Shown here in pieces: positions 10,198-24,204 of a stretch of DNA of 64,000 nt. The position numbers were made by a program, and so were the translations under genes. Each line of letters opens with the position of its first letter. Within the stretch, counting starts at the first letter, position 1. The notes under the pieces were generated by a model, which was not told where the DNA came from, ran no database searches, and saw only the letters and a program-made list of their open reading frames with translations. The stretch comes from Lama guanicoe. Its lineage: Eukaryota. The stretch spans positions 69,063 through 133,062 of the forward strand of contig MU053557.1 of NCBI GenBank assembly GCA_013239625.1, in the 5' to 3' direction.

Positions 10198-11778
10198 CTA
10201 GTATTAAATTTATCATTTCCCAAAATAAATTACTCTGAGGCTATTAAAATTCCTCTCTAATTTAAAAAATCTTATGATATAGCAGGAAGACGTGAAAAAA
10301 TGTAAATTGGAATCAAATTTGTATCATGTTTGTATGTATTAATAATTTTGAATATGATAATTCATTGAATATGTTAATTTTATATTAAGCCAATGCAAGC
10401 AGCCTTTGTGGGTTGTCAGAACATACTTTCAAAAAAATTATTCCTGAAGCTATCATAGCTATTAGATGCCTCCTTAAAATAGTATCTTGACTTAAGGAAA
10501 TACCTCTATTCTTGTTTAACTTTAAAAAACGTGAGAGACTCAAGGGAACCCAGCTGAGCTCTGAATGCCCCATCTCTTTCTGCTTCAGTATTTCTGTTTT
10601 ACACCCGACATGCCTGTTATAAACAATTCACACTTAGAACAGCAAGTTCTTAATCATAATTAATTCCACTTTGGTACTTCTTTTTATAATTGGAATTAAC
10701 ATTCCCACACGAACTGGGAAATGCTAAATTGTTACCAGCATCCCTGGCGTTTTGCTGCTTCTCATGATGCTTTCAATGATTTCATCATAAGCAACTTAAA
10801 ATATCACAAATTGTGGTCATATGCATGGTAGACTCTAAGGGCGTCCTGTTAAGTCTATATTCTTTATGCCAGCAGAACTCAGTTTTAGCAATACCTAGTC
10901 CAAGGATGAGGTAAATAGCAGCAGATAAATGAGATAAATGTTGCCCTGAGCAGGAACCTAATGTTTTTAGTGTTTGGAGACATTAGAGCCGGCACACTGA
11001 ATAATTGTAACAAGTATTACGTACTTTGTTTTTCATTTGTGGCATTTGTGGCTGGCCATTATGTCATTAGCTCTCTTCCTCTTCTGATTTAATCTCCCTT
11101 TGTGTCCCATGTTCCTTTGGAAGAGATTTTTTCAGTCTGCTCCATTTCTAGGTGGAACCTCTCAGCTCATTTCTGGGGACCTGCATTTACATTTCGGTGC
11201 ATACGTGTTATTTACTAGGTCACACTGGGTTATGTTTTGTTTTGTTTAGGGCTAAGTTGGAAATAGTGGAGTTAAGAGATCAAAACATCCTGGGTATAGG
11301 GATCCCATAACAAGATACGAATGTACTTTGTATCAGACTCTGAAGTGTTACAAAAGCCATTTGGAGAACTTTTTAATTTGATGTCAATATTCATCAATTA
11401 CATTTTCTCTAGCTTCCTGTGTATTTTTCAATATAAGACCTGTCTTTGAAATCCTGTTCTATTACTTAACTGAATGAGCAGGGACCAGTCATTCAGTTCT
11501 TCTCAGCCTTGTTTTTCTACCTGTAAAGAAAGGGTAATTATATCCCCTACCTACTATACAGGAATCAGTAAGTCGAATGGGATGGTGCAGACAACAGGAG
11601 TTTTTAAACACCAAACTTGGGAAAACAGGGAGGGATGTGTAGCATTTTTGCATCATTAATTCACCACAACAAAAGTAATTACTAATTCTGTTGAAAACTG
11701 TCATTGCCTCTCTTCACTCATTTCCAAGATAATCAGTGCAATGGGTGTCCTGAAAGTGTCAGCAGAGGAGGGACAATT

Positions 11779-12682
11779 CAGAGGTGGGCTGGAGCCAGGT
11801 GTACCAGCCTGGGGAGTTGAGTGTTACATTTTCGGTAAGTTTTAAATCCATCGTTAATCATGGCCAAACATTAAAAACTAAATTATTTAGAAACTTACAG
11901 TTAAACAAAATATTTTTAAAACAAAGGTATCAAATGCTCAAAACTTCACTTCTTAACTGTTTTACAGTATTTTATTATTATCTATGTTTTAAAATTTTTT
12001 CCGTCTGTTCTGAATAATGGATATCCTATAATGGTATGATAAGAGTGTCTCTCCCCAGCTCTGCCTTCAGAAATGTTATTTCAGTAGTTTGAGATCAATT
12101 ATGGTGGAGTATTTACACCACAGAAATTGGAAAACACTGCAAATCAGAGCTTGATTTATTTTGTTAATGGTCTGAACCTAAGAAGGTGATAGAAGAAAAT
12201 TTAAAAATAAAGATTGAACTTCAAAGTGTGTTCATTTATGAATGACAAAAAATTGAGGAAATATTTTTCTGGTACTTGAAAACTATTATCTGATCAGTAA
12301 AGAAGCACTCACATCATTGACAAAGTGCAGTCCAGACATATACTTTTGTTGTTTCACTTTCAACTCACTCATTAATGTGAAAACATCAAGCAACATTCAT
12401 GTCTGAACCTCAGTGGCATGAGCAACTTCTTTGCTAAATTAAATATTAACCAAATATGATCAGAATTACAGCTATAGGCAGACTATGGATACAAGAGTTT
12501 GGCAAAAATCACTGAAACCATTCTGCAGAAATCAATGGGTTATGCAGATAGAATTAACTGTAAAAGATGTAATGTTTTATTTTTTGTAAATTGTGTGCTA
12601 TGCTCTCTTTGTATCAGTAAAATTTATAATAGAAACACAGATACTCCCTCCTGGCAGTTGTTAAACATTTATCAGCACAGTG
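11779..12682. mobile_element. MER63-like non-autonomous hAT DNA transposon, near full length
   Basis: Left end cagaggtgggctggagcc, internal gtatttacaccacagaaattgg...aaatcagagcttgatttatt, right end cagttgttaaacatttatcagcaca. Confidence 0.7.
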
Positions 12683-14066
12683 ATTATGGACATAATCGAA
12701 TTTACTCTTTGAAAGCTCATTCCCCGTGTCACATGGAACCTGGGTTGTGGGAGCTAAGACAGGAAGCAGGGGGAGCAGTGAAGAGGCAGGCGTGTTGGTC
12801 CCGGGGAAGACAGAGATTGGTACCCGGGTGGTGGCGATGGAGGTGGGAAGCTATGGGTGGACAGACGAAGGCAAAGCAGTCATTGAGCAGCTCCGTGGAA
12901 GAGATGAGTATTCAGGGACCGCCTACGCTGAAGGGACTGCGTCTGGAGAAGGAAGACTGAGGAGGCTCCGTGGTTGGAGGAAGTGAGTGTACAGACAGCT
13001 GCAATGAGAGAAGGAGTCAGGAGCAGGATGTGGAAGGAGGGAAGGAAACAGAGGCAGTTCGAGAGCTCAAGTCAGTATCTTTGAAGCACATGGAGAAAGT
13101 CAGGCTTGACTGCCTTGCAGTGAGTGTGGAGAGGGGAAACCCCAAATACCAGTAACGTGCATCACTGGAACTCAGATCCTCAGAAGTTTTCTTACTCATC
13201 TAGCAATTTTATTAAGACTTTTGCCCACATAGAGGGATTATTTGTACATCCCAATGCCTTGACCCTATCCCAATCTACAGATGATTTTTTCCCCTAGCAT
13301 TTGCCCATTTTAATTGTAAAACGTCTCTCACTCAGTCACCCTGTGCTACACAGATAGTGCTTCCTCTTTTAATCCTCCTCAGGGTCTTGTTATTCTTTGC
13401 TGTGTCATAAAGACGGCCCCAACCATAAGCCACTCTACTCTGTTGCCTATAACAGGTTACCAGCAAGCTCCTGGCCACCACAGCTCTCCCTGCTTCCCTC
13501 TTCGCAAACTACAGCCTACACTCCACACCGCAGGTTGCATGTTTCAGTCTGAATGTTTTGCAAGAGAGATTGTTAAATTTTATGGAATTTTAAAAATAGT
13601 ACATGTTTTGCAAAAAAAAAAAAAAAAGGAACCACTTCCTCCTCCCCTTTCACCCAGCCTCTCAATCCTAATGACCAGAGAAAGGAAAATTTCTCAACCA
13701 GATACCACACTGAGGATTCACCGTAGATGCATCAATTTGATTTACTTTGGTATTCTAATATTAGTTATTTTATCGACAGTTTCAATTAATTGTGGAATCT
13801 GTATTAACAGAAGGGACTTTCCCAACTAATTTTCCCTCCCATTCATAGATTTCTTCAGCAAATTACAATTTCTCCAACAAAATGGCAAGTATTACATATC
13901 AGGCCCCAGTGTAAGGCTGCAGCAATATAAAAATGACTAAGATACAATCTGTACTCCGGAGGAAATGGAGAAAGATACAGTAACAAGTCATTATCAAACC
14001 AGGCAGACTTGCAGAAATGTGGTGACAGACGGGTAAAGGACTGCATATGCATCAAGAAGTCACCTG

Positions 14067-14231
14067 CAGGGTGTCCAGCGTAGTCCAGCAGGTGCTTAGC
14101 ATGCACGAGATCCTGGGCTCAATCTCTAGTACCTCCATTAAAAAAATAAATAAATAAACCTAATTACCTCCCCCCTCCAAAAGAGAGAGAGAGAGAGTGA
14201 GTGAGAAAGAGAGAAGTTACCAAAAAAAAAA
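14067..14231 (+). mobile_element. vic-1-like tRNA-derived SINE with target-site duplication
   Basis: tgcttagcatgcacgagatcctgggctcaatctctagtacctcc followed by an A-rich tail; flanking direct repeat aagtcacctg at 14057-14066 and 14232-14241. Confidence 0.85.
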
Positions 14232-14339
14232 AAGTCACCTGGGTGTTTAAGGACAGGGAGGTAGGTATGGGCATGGAGATGGGAGCCAGGGAGGGTTTCT
14301 AGAAGGTGAGCATGACTGATTTGAGTTATGAAGGGTCTC

Positions 14340-14860
14340 CTCCAGGTTATTTGGTTATTTCTCATGAAAGTAACACTAAGAAAGCTTGCCATTAGTATTT
14401 TATCAGGACATTTTTTGGGTGCATTTAAAAGAAACTCAACTGTTAAAGCAGAAAAAAAAAGTTTGCTGAAGTCAAGAGGAAGTTTAGCTTTGGGCATGGT
14501 TGGATCCAGGGGCTCAAATGATATCGAAAGTACCCTTAGCTTTACTTTCCTGTTTGGGCTTTATTCCTGGGAAGGCTATCTCCACCTGGTGGCCTGCAGC
14601 ACCTGGATTGAAAACTACCAGCTTAGTAACTTCAGTGGAAAGAAAATTCTTTTCCAGTCATTTTAGTGGATGTCCCTGGGAGGAGTTTCATGGGTCTAAT
14701 TGGGTCACATGCTCATCCTTGGACCAATGAGTATGACCAAGGGATGTAAGGGAGGTACACTCTGATTTGGCAAAGCCTCGGTCACGTGTCCACCAGTGAC
14801 ATCTAAGAGTAAGGTACCAATGAGAGAGAGTGTGGGCGAGAGACAGGGGAGAGATGCTCC
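14340..14860. mobile_element. MaLR (MLT1-type) LTR remnant
   Basis: ggcatggttggatccaggggctcaaatgat...gggtcacatgctcatccttggaccaat...ctctgatttggc...ggtcacgtgtccacc. Confidence 0.7.
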
Positions 14861-15099
14861 CGCAAATAATTGGTCTTTTAAATTAAAGTAGGAGAAAAAG
14901 GCACGCAGAAAACAACAGATGTCCACTACAACAGCTGTTTATCAAAGTATTAACAATGACACAAACATCATATTTTACATTTTAAGGGAATTCGTCATGA
15001 CTTACAATGTTTGTCAGCACTGGAAAGAACCCTGAAAATTAAGTATACTTGTTACAAGTCCTAGTGATTTCCCTTCCTGACTTTAATTGAATAAGTTTC

Positions 15100-16673
15100 C
15101 TAGAATTGCCAAAGTATTACTGAGGAAAAAGAAAGAGGCTGGAGGAATAACTCTTCCAGACTTCAGACAATACTACAGAACTACAGTCATCAAGACAGCA
15201 TGGTATTGGTACAAAAACAGCCATATAGACCAATGGAACAGAATAGAGAGCCCAGAAATGAACCCACAAACTTTTGGTCAACTCATCCTCAACAAAGGAG
15301 GCAAGAATATACAATGGAGTAAAGACAGTCTCTTCAGCAAATGGTGTTGGGAAAACTGGACAGCAGCATGTAAAGCAATGAAGCTAGAACACTCCCTTAC
15401 ACCATACACAAAAATCAACTCAAAATGGATCAAAGACTTAAACATAAGACAAGATACAATAAACCCCCTAGAAGAAAATATAGGCAAAACATTATCTCAC
15501 ATACATCTCAAAAATGTTCTCCTAAAACAGTCTACACAATAGAAATCAAGAATAAATAAATGGGACCTAATGAAACTTACAAGCTTCTGCACAGCAAAGG
15601 AAACCAGAAGTAAAACAAAAAGACAACCTACAGAATGGGAGAAAATCTTTGCAAGCAATGAAACCGACAAAGGCTTGACCTCCAGAATATGTAAGCAGCT
15701 CATACAAAACTTAATAAGAAACAACCAAACAACCCAATCCAAAAATGGGCAGAAGACCTAAACAAGCAATTTTCCAAGGAAGACATACAAATGATCAATA
15801 GGCACATGAAAAATGCTCAATATCACTAATTATCAGAGAAATGCAAATCAAAAGTACAACGAGGTATCACCTCACACCAGTCAGAATGGCCATCATTCAA
15901 AAGTCCACAAATGACAAATGCTGGAGAGGCTGTGGAGAATGGGGAACCTTCCTACACTGCTGGTGGGAATGCAGTTTGGTGCAGCCACTATGGAAAACAG
16001 TGTGAAGATTCCTCAAAAGACTAGGAATAGACTTACCATATGACCCAGGAATCCCGCTCCTGGGCATATATCCAGAAGGAACCCTACTTCAGGATGATAC
16101 CTGCATCCCAATGTTCATAGCAGCAGTATTTACAATAGCCAAGACATGGAAACAGCCTGAATGTCCATCAATGGATGACTGGATAAAGAAGCTGTGGTGT
16201 ATTTATACAATGGAATACTACTCAGCCATAAAAAACTGACAACATAACGCCATTTGCAGCAACCTGGAAGCTCCTGGAAAATGTCAATCTAAGTGAAGTA
16301 AGCCAGAAAGAGAAAGGAAAATACCATATGTCGCTCATATGTGGAACCTAAAAAAAAAAAAAACAAAACCAAAAACAAACAAAGCATAAATACAAAACAG
16401 AAACGGACTCATAGACATAGAATACAAACTTGTGGTTGCCAAGGGGGTGAAGGGGGGGAAGGGATAGACGGGATTTCAAAATTGTAGAATAGATAAACAA
16501 GATTATACTGTATAGCACAGGGAAATATACACAAGATCTTATGGTAGCTCACAGAGAAAAAAATGTGACAATGAATATGTATATATGTTCATATATAACT
16601 GAAAAGTTGTGCTCTACACTGGAATTTGACACAACATTGTAAAATGATTATAAATCAATTAAAAATGTTAAAA
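15100..16673 (+). mobile_element. Relatively young 5'-truncated L1 with broken ORF2 C-terminus
   Basis: ORFs 15087-15542 ([10 protein letters not shown]...KTAWYW...IDQWNRIE) and 15570-15761 are L1 ORF2 pieces; TSD aataagtttc at 15090-15099 and 16674-16683. Confidence 0.96.
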
Positions 16674-17699
16674 AATAAGTTTCAAATAGTGTACAAATGA
16701 ATTGACTATTGCTTTGCAAAAACAATATCTCTACTTAATTGAGCCCTTTTCAGTTGATGTAGCGATATTTACAACTTTTAAGCTGGCTTGGAACTGGTCT
16801 CGCTTGCCTGTGATTCCAGCGAACATGATGAGGTCTAGAAGGTTCCTATGAGCCTCTGCCTGCTTATTTTGCTCCTTCTGTCTCGACAAGCTGACTGTCA
16901 CGCAAATGTCTCCAGCCCGGGCACTGGGCAGGCAGGAAGCCAGAACCAGTAATAGAACCAAGAGGCACTCCATGAATACTTGCTGATTAATTTTAGCTCT
17001 ATAGGCCTGATGGGTTTTCTAGCCCTATAATTACCATCAGCAAATAGTTCTTGAATGATGTCCAGCATATTTTTATTCCTCTTTCCTTGGTCCTGATTTT
17101 CATTTTCTATTTTACCTCTCTGTGATTTCATCACATGTGTTTCTGTTCATCAGACCCACAGAACCTCCTTGATCAGTTTCACATTGCCAATTTTGTTTCA
17201 CCTATGAGATATCTATCTATCTATCTGCCTAAATCTAATTTTATTATGAAGAGTTTAGGTCCTCTCTGGAATTAGCAACGGAATAAATTGGGGGGTAGGA
17301 AGAAATAAATAGGTTATTGAATGGCTATTCTGTTAGTGCATTCCACACATGCCTTTCAAGTCAGTCTTTTTTTATTAGAAGTCATGCTCAATAAGACTGT
17401 AAGTCCTGACTGGGTCACTCTATGGAGCAAACAGAGAGCAGTGAGTAGTGAGGGGATGAGTTATGAGCACAACAAATAAGGAAAGATTTTACAGAGGGAA
17501 GACTGTGGAAAAATGATTGTCCCAAGAAAAATGATTGTCTTGTGTGGATGGCATTAGAAGAATGAAACATAATTTTAGATATTACTTTAAAAAATCTTAA
17601 AATAATACAGACTAAAAAACAGATACTTATTTAAAAAATCCAAACCTGCAGAAAGACAGAAATGCATAAATTAAGAAGTAAAAACTGCCCTCCGTATGA

Positions 17700-18030
17700 T
17701 CCCATTTTACAGATGTAACAATTTTAAGGAGTTGGTGGGCAGTCTTCCAGACCCTGCACACAAACATAGTTTCTTAAAAAAAAAAAGAAATACATTTTTT
17801 TCAACTTCATTCATCTAATGGTTTTGGACATCTTTCCATGTCAATATTTTCAGGTAATAGCAGGATAGTTTTCTATTGTTTGGTTATATTATAATTTATT
17901 TAACTTCTCCCTTATTGATGAATATTTAAGTTGTTTCCAATTTTTCATGACTGGAAGGCATGCTGCAATGAAGATCGTTGTAGATACGTCTTTATGCACC
18001 ATCCTGAACGTATTTCTATCATACAGAATT
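17700..18030 (-). mobile_element. Ancient L1 (L1ME-like) fragment
   Basis: ttatttaacttctcccttattgatgaatatttaagttgtttccaattttt...tgctgcaatgaa. Confidence 0.65.
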
Positions 18031-18524
18031 CGAATTGCTTAGGTAGATGTGGTCCCTAACAATCATTAAGCACCCAAAGGTGTAATATTAATGGCCTTAC
18101 TGAAAAACTGCTTGTCCATTCCCAGCTCATTTTCCTCATCCTCTAGGCATTCTAGAAAAATCCCATTAGAGCAGGATCCATGGGTGGTGATGCAGAAGAG
18201 GCTGCTACCTGAAGACCCCTCACACCCTGTTTCTGGATCCATTTTTGCTGAATCCATCTTTGAGTGAACTGTATTATAATTCAGAAGGATTCATTTACCT
18301 ATGAACTGGGAAGAGTCACTTGCATGGCATCATTTAGGGACACCACAGTGCTTCTGATGAAAAATCTGCATCCTGTGAGGGTACCTAGTATGTCCTCTAT
18401 GATGACCAGATAGGGGAATATTGTTTGTGCCTGCCCCACGTTCACTCTCCACATATGGTACTAGGACCTCTATTTTCCTTTGGAAAAGCATCCTCTTCCT
18501 AACTTCCATCTATGTGTTTGTGGT

Positions 18525-18692
18525 GAGAAAGAAAGAGAGAAAGAGAGAAAGAGAGAAAGAGAAAGAGAGAGAGGGAAGGAGGGAGGGAGAGAGGGAGGGA
18601 GGAAGGAAGAAAGAAGGAAAGAAAAAGAAAAGGAAGAAAGGAAGGAAGGAAGGAAGGAAGGAAGGAAGAAAGGGAGGGAGGAAGGGAGGAAG
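18525..18692. repeat. Compound GA-rich microsatellite
   Basis: Pure purine run of GAAA/GGAA/GGGA units. Confidence 0.97.
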
Positions 18693-19852
18693 ACCCCATT
18701 AATACCCCATTCTAAACTCTATGCAGGCCTGGCCGGACCTGTCAGAGCCTTAGTTCACAGACGGGTCCAGGACAGACACCAAGGAGCCTCGTTCTAGGCC
18801 TTCAGGGACTATTCAGAAGTTTGCCCTTTTTCAATAGGAGTGGCTAAGCTGGTGAGATGCCAGCTTGGAGCACCTGTATTCTGCCACTTAGACCCTACAC
18901 TGGGAAGAGGTTGACAAAAAATAAGAACAAGCAAAGGGGTCTGGAGATAGACAGATTCCCAATTATACAACTTAACTGTCTACATCCTGAAGCTAGGGCT
19001 TGACGTTACAATTACACACCCTGATAAAGTCTTCTGTTTTTTTCATCTTGAGCCAGTTGGAGTCAGCTCTTTAACACTTGCATCTGAGAGGCTCCTGACA
19101 TAAGAAGCAAAGATCTAAAACACAGGACGCTGCTCCTTCTGGAAGAGAGAGGCAGGCTAAGGTTACTAGGCATCTAGGGTGACCCCCAAAGAGAAGGGGG
19201 AGCCGGAGAGAGGAGCCAGTTGTATGCCTAAAATTAAGCTTTACCTGCTTCATGAATTTGGCTAGAGTTTCCTGTTAATGATTAACTAGGCAAGATGGTC
19301 AAACTCCTTCTTTATTTCAAAATGCAAGTATTTAAATGAGAACATCAACCCTTAGTTAATCCACTCATTTTGGCTACATCTGCCTCAGATTTCCATGTTT
19401 TTTTTTTTAATAATATAGGAAATGCTTCTCTATTTTAGTTTGTGCTTTAAAAGGTAAAATTAAACCCTGGTAGTCTTCCAAAAGAAATGCTGAATCTCGT
19501 TTCTCTTTAAGGAAGCCTTAATTATTACTCTGCTCTCCATATTGACCCAGACTTATATATTTTATTGCTTTGTTTATAGTAGACTTGATGATATATTAAC
19601 TTCAATGCAGTATCTGTAAATATGGTCCAGTGACATATATATTAAAATATTTGTGTATCTTCTCATAATTTGTGTTTTTGAAGCTCAAGCTTGAGAGCTG
19701 AAGGAAAACCTCCACTAATATTAAAAAAATCCCTCAGTTGAATTAAATCCACAATACTTATACAAATACTGCTACTGTTTTGCATGTGTAAACTTTATAC
19801 TTTTCTCTCATCTGTAGCAGGGGAGTAAGGCATGGCAGTGGGTAGGGATATC

Positions 19853-20004
19853 TTTTTTTTTTAACATTTTTTATTGATTTATAATCATTTTACAATGTTG
19901 TGTCAAATTCCAGTGTTCAGCACAATTTGTCAGTCATTCACAGACATATACACACTCATTGTCACATTTTTTTCTCTGTGAGTTATCATAACCTTTTGTG
20001 TATC
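19853..20004 (-). mobile_element. Short L1 3'-end insertion, same family as 15100-16673
   Basis: Reverse complement matches the last ~150 nt of the 15100 element (tggaatttgacacaacattgtaaaatgattataaatcaat...tgttaaaaaa). Confidence 0.9.
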
Positions 20005-20059
20005 GTTGGACTCAGTAAACATTTATTTAGTTATTAATAGCTCCAGCTCAGTCTGAAAT

Positions 20060-20260
20060 AGACTTGAGACTCTACCTCTTAGTAGGCATGTGTCTTTAGG
20101 CAAGTTAGTTAGCCTCTCTCAATCTTAGTTCCCTTAACTGAAAAATAAAGGTCATTACAGCCCTTGCTTCATAAAGTTCTTATACAGATTAAACAAGCTA
20201 TTCTATGTAAAGCTCTTAGCAAGGTCTCTGACATTTCATAAGTGCTGTTATGTTACATGA
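20060..20260 (+). mobile_element. MIR SINE
   Basis: tgtgtctttaggcaagttagttagcctctct...atgtaaagctcttagca. Confidence 0.7.
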
Positions 20261-20375
20261 TTATTGTTACTAAGCCCTGAATTAATGACTGGCAATGCAA
20301 AGAAACCAACAAATTAAAACTCCTGCAGAATGTGAAATGGACATGTAAGCATGTGCCAATCAGAAAGGATACACC

Positions 20376-20403
20376 ACACACACACACACACACGCACACA
20401 CAC
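20376..20403. repeat. (CA)n microsatellite
   Basis: Direct observation. Confidence 0.95.
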
Positions 20404-21994
20404 TACACTAGCATCCTTCAAACTAAATCACTTTCCTCCTTACGTCATGGATTGTGAAGTGAGACTCACTGAGCACCTGCTGGGGATTCTGTGAAAGAAA
20501 TTTAGCCACTAGCTGGAAATTTTCACTGTATGATTTATCAGGCTCCTCAGAGCTTTGGGGTTCTGTAATTCTATAAACCACACAAGCTACAGTTACTGTG
20601 GGATTTTATCCTTTATGAAACCCGAGAGAACCACAGATTTTCTACATCCAGCTGAGCATGCTCAAATAGAGAAAGACATTTGAAAGCACAGAAAGTAATC
20701 TCACGGTCTTTAACCAGCGAAATCCTATGGCCAAATGAAATAAAAGCACAGAGAAATGGGATGATTTGACCGGAGTCTCACTGATTTGCCAAGGAACCAA
20801 AAGGAACAGGCAAGCCTTCCTGACTCCTGGTCGAGTCCTTTACAGAGTAAACATAGTGATATATAATCTTTAGATGTCAATATTTACCTTTTATGAATTT
20901 ATTGCTGGCCATGTGTCAACCCACAAATTCATTTGTTTACTTACATCAGTGCCATCATAAACTCTTTCACTTCATCGTCAATGTTTGTATAACACGCTGG
21001 ACAAAGCATTGGGCAGGGGTACCAGGGACTAGGTTTCGGTTGTGGCTTTCGGGACCCTTCTTGCCCCACTCCCACCCCAAACTGCACGACTGTGGGTGAG
21101 AGTCTCGTCTCCTTTCTGAGTGTCTTTCGCTGTTCAGGTCTCTGGAATTGCACTCCCCATCTCTTTCAATCCTTACAGACGTTATCCTGTTCCTCTTGTT
21201 GCAAAGCTTTTACTAGGCAGCCTGTAATTATTGGGCTCCTACTGTATGCCTATACATAAGGCAGTGGAGGTAGAGACAAATAAGGAAATCTTCTGACCCT
21301 CCGCTCTCCCAGTGAAGAGGGGACAGAAACACAAACAGATGATGGGAAACAGCAAACGCAGTACTAAAGCCGTGTACAAGATGCGACAGGACATAGGAAG
21401 TCAGAGGGTGAAGTCTGGGATCAGGGAACGTTCTGGAGGAGGCAGGTTGAGACGTAAAGGATGCGCAAGATTTGCTGTCCGGTGGGGGAAGATGGATACA
21501 GTCTGAGCCTCTCGAGAGATGACAGAGATCATCCTGAGAGGAAGAAACCGGCTTGGACTAGGGCAGAGCTAGAGAAAACGAAGCTGATGCTTATAGCCAT
21601 GTGACCTTGCCCTACTCCCCTCAGTTTTCTAGTCTATTAAATAGGTACAATGATTAGGTTTCCTCTTAGGGCTGTTATACGGATCTAATGAGATTATTTA
21701 CACTCATTTTAGTACAAAACTTGACACTAATAACAGTGGTAGTAATAGTTACTAGTAATAATGACAGGAATATCACCAATTTACTCTCACCAAGAACACA
21801 CTGTCTCCTCTCTCTCTTCTAAGGACACAAACATATTCATATCCTGCTTTTAAATATATTTTGTTTATAAACATTTTTAGAGATAACACCCAAGTATTTG
21901 AAGCACTGTGATTTAAAAAAAAAAGGGAACATCTCATGCCATACTAGAAAGAGATCCTAGAGGAGCCATTAATTACAATGGTTTCCCCTAGATC

Positions 21995-22156
21995 AGGAGT
22001 TGTCATTTGGGGGTAATTTTTGCCCAGTGGAAGGGGCATCTCAGTAGCATCTGGTGGGTATATGCCAGGGACGCTGCCAAACATCCCACAATCCCACAAC
22101 AAGGAATTATCCAGCCCCAAGTGTCAACAGTGCAGAGCCTGACAGTCCCTGCCCTA
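21995..22156 (+). mobile_element. MER20-like hAT DNA transposon
   Basis: gcatctggtgggtatatgccagggacgctgccaaacatcccacaat...caacaaggaattatccagccccaagtgtcaacagtgc. Confidence 0.8.
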
Positions 22157-22749
22157 GATATAACCCACTCAATGCGAACTTTCATGGAACCATCAGGAAA
22201 CACAGCAAAGCAATGCTCCTAGATTCTAAGTTCAGCTGCAAAAGTGTATCCTCCAGACATTTTATGTGTTTTAACATCTCTGGGAATAAAAGTCCTTCAG
22301 AGCCCCTGGTAGCATCAGTCAAACTTTTCGTGCTCCGAAAATAATGACAATTAAAAAAAATTTATTTTTCCCCACCAGGCTAACTCAGGACAAACACCTT
22401 TTTTTTTTGATAGTGGCTTTAATGAAATTTACCAAAAAGAGATTCAAACTCTAATTTGGGAGTCTTTTTTCAGAAATGGAGAAACTTGGGACAGTCTTGT
22501 CTTCACTGCCAAAGGGGTCCGAATGACCAGCCACTCATGATGGCTCCTGTGGTCTCCAGGAGAAGGAAGCTAAGTGCCCTTTGGGCTCCTGTGGTCTTCC
22601 TAAGGTTCTTGCCAGAGCCCGGCGAGCACCAGGGGGCCTCTGAAGGGTTTGTATGTTCATTTCCCTAGAATGAAATCTTGCTCCAAGTAGCTTTTCTAAA
22701 TTGTGCCATTAGAGGCCTCATCCTTCATTCCCTTTTTTCTCTTTTTCTC

Positions 22750-23000
22750 TAGAAGCAGCATAAGAGTGTGAGCTCTGGGGCAACACTGCCCGGGTTTGAA
22801 TCTGGCTCTGCCATTTGTGACCGCGTGACCTGGACAAGCTTCTTGACCTCTGTGTACCTCAGATTCCTTACCTGTAAGATGAGGGATGACAACAGTTCCT
22901 GCCTCATAGGATTGTTATGAAAATTAAGTGGATTCCTATATATAAAGCACCTAGAACATAGCCTGGCGCATAATGAAGCAATAAATGAATGTTAGTTCTT
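22750..23000 (+). mobile_element. MIR SINE, near full length
   Basis: cccgggtttgaatctggctctgccatt...gtgacctggacaag...cctcagattccttacctgtaagatgagg...taaagcacctagaacatagcctggc. Confidence 0.88.
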
Positions 23001-23494
23001 TCTCTTACTGTTCATTATTTGTCCTCGTGACTCATTCATTTGCTCATAGGAGACTCTGGAGTCCTACAATTTTAGGTGTGATAAGGACTTGGTAGAAGGA
23101 ACTTGTCGTTGCAGGATATGTCACGCAGTCCCAGCCATGGCCAGCTGGGGACCAAGGGAGTGGCTGACGTGGAGCTCACTGTTTGGTCAGTTCTGCTTCT
23201 TGGTTAGACTGCCAAGAGCTTGTGTTTTTCTTTCCCCCTCATCTTTACTAGCACCCATTTTTCTCTTACCTTTCTTGGCTTTTCCTCCCAAGTATGACAT
23301 CTTGACTGAATCCTCCCTTCTCAGACCCTCCATGGTGTTTTATTTTGCCATTCCTTCCAGCCTTGGTCTCCAGCTGAGCTCTCCACCAAATCTTTCCAGA
23401 ATTTGTTGAAAGTACAGGTACCTGGCCATCAGCTCAAACCTATTGAACCAGTCTCTAAGGGCAAAGCCCAAGGATCTTTATTTTCGTCTTTATT

Positions 23495-23720
23495 TGAGAG
23501 GCAGCACAACATAGTCTTGAAGGATGTGACCAAGGAGCCAGACAGCCCAGGCTACTTGCTCGTTGTGTGACTTTGGGCAAATTGCTGAACTCTGTCTCAC
23601 ATTCGCGTCTGTAAAACAGGAATTATAGGAGTGCCTATCCCACGGGGTTGTTGTGAAAATACGTAACACCTCTTAAAACAATGCCTGGGACATTATAAAC
23701 ATTCAGTAGGTGTTAGCTGT
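23495..23720 (+). mobile_element. MIR SINE
   Basis: gagaggcagcacaacatag...tgtgtgactttgggcaaattgctgaac...ctgtaaaacagg. Confidence 0.75.
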
Positions 23721-24204
23721 TTCTTTCCTCTTTGTCGTGTACTTTATCTTCTCTTTTGCCTTCTCAAGCATCCTCCCTTCTTTTGCTATTATCCTCTCTC
23801 TTTCCAACAAACATCTATTGGCCAGCTACTCAGGATGTAACTTTGGGGACCCAGAGATAAATTAGATGTGATTCTAGTCCTTTATGGGGTTATAGTCTAA
23901 TGGGAGACGTAGACACAGAAACAAATAAATGTAATGAAGCTTTCCAGTGCTCTGATACATATATGTACAGTGGATGAATGAAGAAGTTATTGGTTTTCTT
24001 AGAAAGGAGAAGGGGTTGAGGAAAAGCTCCAAAGAAGATGCGACTTTAGCATTCAGAGTTGGAATAGAGATTAAATCAGCCCAGTCTATATGATAAACAT
24101 TTTCAGAAGTACTACGGGCCAAACACAGGTCACAATGCCTTCTTGAAACTATCTTCCTTCAGAGAGTTGCAGCTTCATTTTTAACGTGAAGTTTTAAAAT
24201 GTTA

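Noticed and set aside
15087..15761. L1 ORF2 frames as functional genes (also 57578-58087)
   Set aside because: 5'-truncated, lacking endonuclease and RT domains, with stops or frameshifts nearby.
18421..18797. Lys/Glu/Arg-rich and Ser/Leu/Phe-rich ORFs (also 26534-27065 and 38198-38450)
   Set aside because: Translations of microsatellites.
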